Source: Adineta vaga
Lineage: Eukaryota > Animalia > Rotifera
Direction: 5' to 3'
DNA length: 64,000 nucleotides
Assembly (NCBI GenBank): GCA_021613535.1
Contig: CP075496.1
Span: 2,356,001 to 2,420,000, forward strand
The notes below the pieces were generated by a model. That model saw only the letters and a list, made by a program, of their open reading frames with translations, did not search any database and was not told where the DNA came from. Of the stretch, positions 1 through 11,100 are shown in pieces. The translations under genes and the position numbers were made by a program. Numbering within the stretch: position 1 is the stretch's first letter; the number at the start of each line of letters is the position of its first letter.

Positions 1-280
1 CATAAGGTGATTGTTGTTGTTGTAGATTAATTAACTGAGAATGATTGATTATTTTTTTTTTTGATTTATTATAAATTTGTCGATTAATTTTATCCATATC
101 TTTTCGCTCAACAAAATGATGTCGAAGATTTGATCGTTGAGCAATTTGTAAACATAATTGAGAAAGAATGTCTCGACCTCGACGAGATGATAAAGAACCA
201 AGAAATGTACAACTAACTGAAGATGATGAAGGAGATACATCAGAATGTATGGAGCTTCCCGTAGATTCCATTTTAGACAT
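1..280 (-). CDS. 5' part of an unidentified protein-coding gene, truncated by the window edge
   Basis: ATG at 280 opens a stop-free frame to the edge: MSKMESTGSSIHSDVSPSSSSVSCTFLGSLSSRRGRDILSQLCLQIAQRSNLRHHFVERKDMDKINRQ...QQQQSPY. It is not in the ORF track (no stop inside the window). No domain recognised. Confidence 0.5.
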   Translation of the reverse strand, partial: MSKMESTGSSIHSDVSPSSSSVSCTFLGSLSSRRGRDILSQLCLQIAQRSNLRHHFVERKDMDKINRQIYNKSKKKIINHSQLINLQQQQSPY

Positions 281-957
281 GGTCTCTTTTGGAATAAGTT
301 TTAAACAGGATCAAAATATGCGACTAATACACGTAGCTTAGTGAATATCAAACATAAGATATATGATCGGTCAAACAAAAATGGTTAAGTTTAGTCAGAT
401 CTATTGCAATTCGTAATAGGAATTGATGTCAATCTACCAATCAGAATATTTTGAGATGCCTCGACAACAACAAATGAGGAAAATATTCGATAAAAACAAG
501 TGATTTTACAGTTTTTCTCGTACTCTTGTCATTAATTAAGATAGTTTTGTAAGTTATTATATTGTTTAGTAGTAATAAAGATCGTTAAAATGTGTTACAA
601 AGTTATTGGAATGACCCAAATTCTGTAGATGGCGTTGGTTCTCTTTGAATACTACGTTACGATTATCATTTTTTAGGTGATGTAATAGAATGCAATATTT
701 CAAAAATGCAAATAGGTCTAAAAACTCTTATGATGATATGAATCATACTATTCAATGTGACAACTCCTTTGTACAAGACTAAAATGATTGAAGAAGCGAG
801 GACTCTAGTACTCATGTAGTTATACATCTGTTTTCTTTCTCATGTAAGAAAATGTTTATTATTGAATTAAAATAAAAAGAGATAAGACAATGTTTTCTTA
901 TATTTATATCTATCATTAATTATTTCCAATAGTATAACGACATTGAGTGATAATACA

Positions 958-1855
958 ATGCGGACTCTATTTGTTATTCTTCTTTCTTTTCAATTGTGTA
1001 TTATTACACATCAACAAGGTTAGTACTATTGAACATAGAATACCTTACATATATAAATCGATCATATAAAATCAAGATTATACATTACCATTTCTCTTCA
1101 AGTTGTCACTCTATTTTATTGATAGTTGTTTCATTGGAAAAAGAGATGCTATATGCGTTACATAGAAAATGATGTCGTATTAAGTTTTGTCTTAGATTAA
1201 TATTATCATTTGTTTATACAGGTGGAAGATATGTAGTTGGCTTAGGAGATTCATTCACATCTGGTGGTGGTTCAAAGTCGTATCCACACATTGCTGCTGG
1301 ATTATTAAATTGGCAAGTACGTAATTTTGCTGTAGGTGGCTCAAAAACACACAATATATTTACACAATTAGTTAGCGCTGGTACTGTCTTACCTTTAGCA
1401 ACTCATGTTGTTTTAACAATTGGTGGTAATGATTTGAATGGAATTGGAAGTTTAGTAGATATTGCAAAGGTTAATATCACATTATTTGAAGAGAAATGTG
1501 ACAAATTTAAGCCAACACTCGTATCAACTTACAATCAAATCAAAGCTGCCATTCGTCCTGAAGCTAAAATCTATGCTCTACCGTATGTCGATTTCACAGT
1601 GTTGGTAATAAAATTCCATATGAGCTTGAATCTCATCAAATACTTCAAGCATTAAATAAAGTTGTTAAAAATGCAGCTGCTGAAGCAAATATTAACTATG
1701 TAGATACTGTAGTATCGGCATTTCTTGGCCATGAAATGTATTCATCTGATCCATACATCGATAGTTTCCAACATCCAACAAATGCAGTTCATCCTAATTT
1801 GAAAGGTTATGCCAAGATCGGACAGGTTCTTGCTGCTTATTTGCAAGCAAATTGA
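958..1855 (+). CDS. Secreted SGNH/GDSL hydrolase (SEST-like esterase/lipase), 2 exons, with a 1-nt frame break near 1597
   Basis: Exon 1 (958-1018) is a signal-peptide-like MRTLFVILLSFQLCIITHQQ. A GT-AG intron spans 1019-1221. Exon 2 gives block I YVVGLGDSF, block II NFAVGGS and block III VVLTIGGND. After a -1 shift near 1597 it reads ...AFLGHEMY...NAVHPNLKGYAKIG... (block V His) to TGA at 1853-1855. Confidence 0.85.
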
Positions 1856-2108
1856 GAACGATGATGTACCTCTAATACTGATAAGAGAAGATATGAATGT
1901 AGATCTCCAACCCTCAGTACTTTTATTATCAAAGTAATAATTGAAGAATAAACACAAATGTTCGATTACTATATCTCTTATCTACATAACATGATGGACG
2001 ATTAATACAATTCTTCAATAAAGAATACACAAAAAACAATAGACACATAGAATAACAACGAAAAAAAAATAAAGCAGTAAAATAAGTTTAACAAATAATC
2101 ACGATTTT

Positions 2109-3336
2109 TTATTGTTCCGTAGTATTGCATTGTGTACTGACTTCGGTAAATGATTTGCCTGAACATAACCAACATCCAGAAAAAATAGGTTGATGAAGCA
2201 ATTTTAAAAGATGATCTTGATTACTGTTGACATTATCTTTTTGTTTTTCATCTAACATTGCCATTAGAGATTTTCGTAATTTTGTCAATTCTTTTTGTTG
2301 ATCTTTGACTTTTTTTAAAACTAAATTAATTTCAATAATTTCATTATCATCAGTCATCGTTGAGATTGTTGATGATTTTTTCGATGTATTGTTCACGGAT
2401 GAAGATGAGTTCGTTTTTATTCGATTGGATTCAAGGATCGAATTAGATGGTAACTCGTTAGTACGATTAACATTTCTAGTCGAGACTGATTTAGAATCAT
2501 TGTCGTGTTTCTTTTTCATAATGGTGGTTGTTGATTGTTTCAAACGTTTTAATTTTCTTCGTAATTTTCGCTGTATGTTTCTTTTACGTTTCAATGTTCG
2601 ACGTTGTTCATCTGAAGAAACATTGAGTTCATTGACTAACATAGCACGTTCTTCATTGATCAACGTCGCAAGTTGTTCATTATGATTCGAAGGTTGAACT
2701 CTTGATTTAGTTGTTGAAAGACATGTTGAAGAAGAACGATGTGAAGGAGAATATTCAGGTAGTTCTTCTTCTTCATCACAATTATCGATGAGGAATCCAG
2801 AATAAGACGTCGTTTCAATATTTGCTTGTACAGTTAGATCACAGTTTACAGTCTAATCAATAAAAAACAAAAATATTATTGTTTTAGTATTTAATTATTG
2901 AATGTGCGTACTGATGAAGGTTTTAATGTTTGATTAGTAGATGTAACAATTGGCTTACTTGTAGTCGATGATTGGTTACTAGAAAAACGCATTCGGTCGA
3001 ATGTTGATGAGTTTAAAGAAGATTTCTTTTGTTGTGCCATACGAAGAATTCTTTCATAATATTGAGTTCTTTGTTCGATATTTACATTTGTCGTTCTCGA
3101 TGAACCAGTCAATGATCGACATTGTTGTAATGTTGCATTAGGTACTGGTAATAGAAGAGTAGTTTGTGGTAAGTTTGACATTGCTGTGGAAGCACCATAA
3201 TATACATAAGGCATTGATTCAGCAGATGGATTGTTCATTTGATTAACAATATGAAATGATGAATATTGAGGTTCATACGGACGATTTAAATTAGTTTCAT
3301 AATGTTTGTGCTGATTCGTATTCATACTTTTCAAAT
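2109..3336 (-). CDS. Two coding exons (3336-2912, 2852-2109) forming a candidate alternative C-terminus of TDG, or the tail of a separate unknown gene
   Basis: Phase-1 acceptor ttctattag at 3338-3337. A 59-nt GT-AG intron (2911-2853) joins ORFs 2891..3334 and 2109..2663 in frame. The product has a basic NLS-like run (KRKRNIQRKLRRKLKRLK), a coiled-coil and a CWLC motif. Confidence 0.6.
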
Positions 3337-3819
3337 CTAATAGAAAAAAAAATCAATGAAAACATGTCAAAAACATTTGCTTTTCACTGTTAAAGATCGA
3401 ACTTCAACAATTGACTTTTATTCCTTCATTAGAGAGTCAAACAGTGTACGAAAGCTAGACATTGAAAACAAAAACAAAAGTATAGGTTCATACGCATACG
3501 AAAAACAAAAATAGAAGAACAACAGATAGATCCCACAACACAAAAAGAAGAGCTCTAGGATATTTTTTTTTCCGATATTTACATATGTATATAATGAGAG
3601 GAGAAAATAGAGCGCTGTACATATGTCAAAAATGTAAGAAAAAAATTCATTCTTGATGGTGTTTTAGTTGGATCGTGATGAAGGAGATTCTATCAGCGAG
3701 AAAACAAAAACCATAGAAAAATGTTCTACAAACTAAAAATAATGTTTGAGGAATAATAATGTACCATTCAAAGGATCATTCATAAAAATACCATAGAAAT
3801 AATTTCTATTGTCTTGTTG

Positions 3820-6635
3820 TTATAGTTCATTGATTGAAACATATCGTAAACGTTTGTGTAGAGATGGTGAATGCTCATCGATAATGTATGAAAAACGAAA
3901 TTGATCAGAATCAGCTGAACTAGAATCACGTTCATAACGAACAAACAAAGAATCATCGATTGAATTTATCGGCCGTTTTTCGGCAGAATTTGATGATTTT
4001 GGAAGAATTAATGTTGATGAATTCGTAGATATTGGTTTGACGGTTGATGGAACGACAATTAACGTTTGCTTCGAGACTGTTTGTTGACTAGATGAAGGAT
4101 CTTTGGCAGGTATTTGTTGTGTACGAATAGGTAATGGAGATGGATTACGTATGGTATCAAATGATGGTAGTGGTTCAGATGACTTAACGACAAGCAATTG
4201 ACGAGGAATATGTGGAGAAGAAGGAGAAGATGTTGAAGGAGAATTCATATGATGAATTGTTGATGTTTGTGGTTGATGATGAATTACATAAGATGGATAA
4301 GATGATGTTGAATTTGATAATCGAGAATTTACAACTAAAGAAGAACAACGATTTTTTTAAATTTATGTTATTTGATAATCTCTAATGAAACTTCAAGAGT
4401 TCAAACAGACACATATGGGATCTATCTGAGAAATCGAAATATACGAAAGTGAACATTTTTCTGTTATTGATACTATCTCATATACGAAATAAATAACTCG
4501 ATAATGTACACATATCATTACATAAACATTTGTTTTTATAGACTTTCATAAATTCATAGGCATGATTTGAAAATATTTTACCTGTTAAATTGTTATTTAA
4601 AGATGATGTTACGTAAGATGATTGCTGCCCACCGACATAAACAGTTTGTGATGATTGTGAATAATATGTTTGTTGAGATTGAGATGATGCTGGTGAGTTA
4701 TAACCTCCACTAGCTAAGGCAGCAAGTACTGCTGCATTGGTATTCGAAGATGAATTATCTACGAAAGAATTCTTCGTTGATACTATTCCATTCGTTAATG
4801 GCATATGATTTCTATTCTTTTGAAAAGAAACACGCTGTGATCGTTGATCATAAGTCAGTAAGTTTTCGTTTTGTTGTTGATTTGTATTATGTAGAATTGA
4901 CATTGTTTGTGTAGTCAATGCATCTGTATTAAAAATCAGATTTGGCGGTGATGATGAAGATGGTGGATGTTTTGATATCATTTGAGTCGAAGGAATTTTA
5001 TCACCATATGGTTTTAATGTTTCAGCTGATAATTCTGAAAATGGTTTATTACTTATACGTATAACTGTTTTCTGTGAAACATCATCTGTATCTTTGATTT
5101 TAATATCAGGAAATGTAATTTCAGCTTCATTTAATGAATGTAATGATCCATTAACAAAATCTCGTAGTTTTCTTAAACCAACATAGAACGGTAATTTATC
5201 TTCAGCACGTGGTAATTGAGAACAACGAGCACTAGAGGATGGCATAACAAAGACATGCTACACAAAAAACAAAAACAAAAAACAAGATGTGCCTTAGGAA
5301 TTGATTATACAATGAAATACTTACAGTATCTGTTCCAGGAAATAGTTCTGGTTGTTTTCCATAATGAAAATGTTTATTTCCAGCATAAACTTCATAGATT
5401 CCTAAATTTATTAAATTGATTTCTTAACTAAACTGTTTCTTCATACAAAATCAAACCTCGTCCATTGAATGCCACAATTTTTGGTCTATACATTTTAATT
5501 TTTTGCATTAAAACTTCAGCACCAGCTGTAATTTCATCTCTAAAGAAAAATATTGAACTTCAATATTCATCTTTTCTTTCATACTTTGTTATATCTGATC
5601 CAGCTTTCGATGGTCTTTGTACAATATTTGTAAAACCAATACCATATTGTGGCATACGATGATCATCATTTCCATTCAATGCATCGGATATTAAACCAGA
5701 CATGTATAATAATTTCCAAAAGTGATTGCCTGGTCCACCGTAATGATGTCCTTTATGTACAGCATAGAGACTTGGATTAACTCCAACCTAAATAAGGAGA
5801 AAAGAACGAATTAATAGAAATTTATAATTAAATTTATCATACAAAAACAATATCAAGATTTGTTTGAAGAATATCTTGAAGAATCCATTGGGATATTTCC
5901 TCTTCAGTTGTTCCTTCAAAACGATTTGGATTTGTTGATTGCGTTGAAGATTTTCTCTTATTACTTAACGGTGTTGTTGGTATTATTTGTGATTGTGGTG
6001 ATGATGGAGAAGTGATTTTATTCATTCCTGGAGAAATCATTGTATTGGACGATGATGATGGTGTTGAACTTTGAGATAAAGGATTATTGATCTCCATATG
6101 AAGTCTATTAAGAAGAAAAATATAAGAAATTCGAATATTTATCATAGAAAACTAATATACTCTAGAGTTTTTGATTCATTTTCATTATCACGTTTAAGTG
6201 ATTGTTTTAATTTGGCAAGAAATACTTCTGCAACTTCATCAGAACCTAACGTATTTTTTAAAGCACTAAAATAAAAATATAATACAAGAAATAAAATCCC
6301 CACAATAAATATCTCTATAACATACTTGAGATCACCACCGGTTTCAAAATTTTTCTTAAATGTTTGCATTAAAACATTCTTTACACTATCAAATGCTTCA
6401 TCTAAAAGTTCTTTCGTATGTCTAGAAGATAAATATCGATATTGACTGTTTTTAAAAAGAAAATCTTTTTGTCTTACGTTTCAGTCGTTTGATTTGATGA
6501 AGATGTCGATACTGTTGTTTGTTGAGAATCTTTATTTACTATATTCGATGTTGTTAACGAATTATATAATGAATCATGATGATTATTTGTTGTCGAACAA
6601 TCTTGTTGTTCATTAACGAGATATTCCGTCGACAT
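3820..6635 (-). CDS. TDG: G/T mismatch-specific thymine DNA glycosylase (multi-exon)
   Basis: Spliced translation from ATG 6635 contains [58 protein letters not shown], YGKQP and VMPSSSARCSQLPRAEDKLPFY, all hallmarks of the TDG/MUG family. The donor at 4581 joins the acceptor at 4336-4335 in phase to terminal ORF 3820..4248. Confidence 0.95.
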
Positions 6636-8114
6636 GAAAGCAGAATTTCGAGTTAAATCATCATAAATTTGAAAGAATTGTTGATTTCTATTAGAAGCAA
6701 AATTCTAAACAAATAAAGCGAACACTAAATAGATATATATATATGGATTGAACTATATGTTATAGCCAATTGTGTTCGATGACAGGAGGAAAGAAAATAA
6801 ACGAAAGAGAACAAGAAGAAGAAAAAAGAAAGAAAGGAAACCGTACATTCCAACTCAAACAAGCTGGATATGTCTATTTGCCTAAGTATATATATATATA
6901 TATACACGTATATGTGTGTAGAGAAAAGAGAAGAAAAATGTATACAAGGTCTATGTTAAAAGGTGAATATATCAAATTACTCGAAAGATGATTTTGAAGA
7001 ACTAATGGACAAAATTTGATGATATTTATGTTTTAATTTTATGCTTAGGAAGTAAATGAGTCATTCAAATAATCGATTTTAACATTTGATTAATAGTTCA
7101 AAGTATTGTTTTGAGTTTTATATTCATCGAAGATATTCTCTTTGCTCAATTTGAATAATATAAATGATTCAAAAGATCAACATTTCACTTTCGAAAACAT
7201 ATCTCCGATAAATGTGTATGTGGAAATTATCAATAAAAAGATTTTATTTACTTACGTATGAGTGATTGTATCATTATTTTGTTGTTATGATTGATCTTAA
7301 ATAATGAAATAGAAAAGTATAAATCATACTGATTTTTCTTCATATTTTATGTAATCTTCATCCTTATATTATATCCAGCATGCACAAGCAGCGAAAGATG
7401 AATTTCCCAAACTTTTTTAAAGATAAAATAGCCGATGTTATTCACGTCTATTCGTTAATTTAGATTAGAAAAAGAGAGATTTTAGTGTTTTCTTGTGTCA
7501 TACTAAATCAAATCATGCGTGTTTTCTTGCACCATGCAAATTCATTCAAATGTTAATCAAAACAAACTTTCTTTTGATTCCTATTTTCTTCCCTTAATCA
7601 TCTTATCAATTCTGCTTTTGAAATATATTTATTATTTTCAATTTTACATATTCTTCGAAATAAATATAATCAAATCGATTGATTGATCTTTCCATCCTAG
7701 ATGCACTGTCATGTTACATTACCAACCATATCCAATCATTACTGAACTCTATATATATATTTACTGATAGATGGTGCTTTAAAAGGAAAAAAAAGAAAAT
7801 ATTTCATTAAACAAAATATGATTGATGAAAGAAAAAGAAAAAAAAAGAAATATTTTTTTCCTTCTTTTTTAACTTCAAATGAAAATCTCTATATAAAAGA
7901 TGATCAATGGGTAATTTCTATTTTTTTTCTCGAAACACACGAAGGTAAAAGTCTTATCTGATTCATAGTCATATCGTTCTCTTCCTTCCATCGTCGATAG
8001 ACGTATCTGTATATCCACGTGAAATTACGGAGGACATTTTTCTTCATAGTTCGTATATGTGTCTAGTTTTCCTTTGTTGCAGATGTTTTTTGTTATTTAT
8101 CTTTGTTAACAAAT

Positions 8115-11100
8115 ATGAAAATTGATCGATCGAAATTGAAAAAATATCTGCCGGAACCGGTGAGATTTGTTTTTTATGTTGTTTATTTATTTATTTATTT
8201 GTTTTTCTTACCTAATAATTCATAGCCGGCTGATTGTAAATTATTTATTGATAAATTAAAAAGTTGTGATCGAAAAGAACTTCATGAACTATTAAAACCA
8301 ATAACCATATGGCATATTGGAAAAGTAAGTTGAAAGAATTCAAAAAACGATTCTTTGTTCAATTTATTTCCGATGTTTTTAGTTTAATAAAGTTAGTTAT
8401 GAGATTTCTCTATTCTTATGCAATTATTTATTTGATTCTAATAGATTTTCATTTGTTACTCATTGTTATGTTTACTTTTTAGTGTGAACTATACCATTGG
8501 ATTGATGCATTGGATCTATTTGATTCGATTCTAGAAGAAGCTTGTGTAAAAACTGGCACATGGATGCTTAATTGTGATAAACCAGAAAATGGAGAAGTAT
8601 GTTTCATATTATTTACGAAAATTTTGAAAAATTTTAATAGAGTGGGAAAATTTGTTTTTCTCAAATAACATATTTCGTTACATTTATTAATTGAATGCCA
8701 TATTTTCCAAAGAGAATATCTAGACTTTTGTTTTTCTTTTATTAATTTTAGTTAAAGATCTTAGTACTTGATATTCTTCATTTTACTGCATTACTAATTG
8801 AACATTCATATTCCCGTCATTTATATAATTCCATTGAATATTTAATCATGTTATTACAATCATCTGATGTTCATATTGTACTTGGTGTTCTTTCACTTCT
8901 CTATGTATTCAGTAAACGTTCAAACTTTATTACAAGACTTCAACTTGATAAAAAACAAGCATTGATTGGTCGACTTATATTCTTAGCAGAAGTGAGTTAC
9001 TTCGTTTTTTTGCTCTCTTGATTTACGATTTATTGATTGGATTTTTTTTCTATAGACTTGGGGTGGACGAGAGAATGGTTTCGATTTAGCGCGTTGTTGT
9101 AGTGTTCGCAATCCTACAGTAAATATTACTTTTTGTTCTTCATTATTTTTTTAATATAACTTTTGATTTTAAAAGGATTTTCCTGAACATGCAACAAATC
9201 TACATTTTGCATATACAGTTCCATCTGATTCAACATCAACGAATGGTCCAACAATGGTAAATCGAGAAAGAAAACGCATTTTTTTATTCATATTAAAAAC
9301 AATCGTTTTCTTTAGCAAATTCCTAGACAGATTGAAATACCAAATGTTCATCTAGCTGGACCTAATGCTGCCGCTGTGATGGAACTTGTACTTGCTGAAC
9401 ATACGTTACCAGAAGATAAGCAAATCAAATTATTTACACATCTTCGTTTAGCTTATGCATTTCCATCATTTGAGCAACGTTTATTATGTATTCAAGCACG
9501 TTTACAAGCCTTATCAATACTTGGTAAGATGAAGAAATAATAAAATATTCTTATTCTTTTTTTATTTTTCTCTTCTAGTATATTCTGCAGCAATACAAGA
9601 AGCAAATAATGTTCTGTATGATGGATTAATTGAGGAATTAGTTGAAGTATTGAATGTTCGTGATCCAACATTAACAGTAAGTTGTTTTTAAAAGAGAAAA
9701 TCAAATTTCTAGTATATCTTTAATGAAAAATATTCGAACATAATACATTGAGGGACAGAATATACAAGAGAATATTTGTTTTCTTCTAGGATATAAAAGC
9801 ATCTGCTTTAAAAACTTTAACATCAATAATTCATCTTGAACGAACAACAAAGTAAGTTTTATTGTCACATAATCGTTCTATTTTTTGATTATTTGTCTTA
9901 GACATCCACCACGTTTACAAGAAATAATTGAAGCAACTCAAGCAAATTCATATCATGGATTTCTACCAGCTCTTGTTCGACAATGTATTGATAAACTAAC
10001 GGGTAAATATTTCTTTCCTCGTCTCTTTGAAAATCTTTAAATTGATTCTATTCTTTTTTCTTGTATTAGATGATAGTAATGAGAGATTTCCACAATCATT
10101 ATCAACAGCATTATTTTCGTTTCTCTATCACTTGGCATCGTATGAAACAGGTGGTGATGCATTAGTTAATTGTGGTATCATGCAATCATTAATTAAAGTC
10201 GTGAATTACTATGATGAATCTCAAGATTTCATTATGGTAAAAGTTTAAATTTGTTTTTCATGAGAATATTAAATATAACATTATCATTTCAGTTTGTAAC
10301 ACGTGCTGTTCGTGTGATTGATTTAATTACAACATTAGATATGACATCATTTCAAACAAATAATGGTTTACAAGCATTTATTAATCGTTTAGAAGTAAGT
10401 TGATTTAATTGATTGGTTCTAGTCAGTGACAAACATGAGGTCGTATGTACAAGCTCCTATCGAAGCATTTCTATGATATATGTAGTGAGTAGAAGTGTCA
10501 ATATGAGAGCAACAATAGAGTAACAAGAACGGTCGCAATTTATATTACCAATTCATATATAAATCGCATTACCACCTTGTTATACAAATAAATAAGATAT
10601 TCTTTTTTCTTTTTCCCAAATTTTTATTATGAAAATTTTCTTGTATTTTTAGCATGAAATAACACAATGTCGAAAAGAACAACCATTTATTATTCGTATA
10701 CCTAAACGTAATCTAGGTACACCAACAGCAAATCTTGATAGTCATCCACCATTATCTCCAAGTGCTCAATCGGATATATCAGGTGAACATCCATCAATAG
10801 CAACAGCAAATACAACAGCTAATTCAACACTTCATTTAACGAAAGATATGGATACTAGTGAATTTTTTGATGAACATCACGAATCAATTCCTCTTAGTCC
10901 CATACCAGGCTTAACATGTTATCATCAACGTGCTGCATTACTTAAATCAATATTAAATTATCTTAAAAAAGCATTTACCGAACCAAGTATGACAGATACA
11001 ACACGTCATATTATGGATGGATCATTACCGAATTCTCTCAAACATATTATAAGTAATGCGGAATATTATGGTCCATCATTATTTCATTTAGCAACTGATG

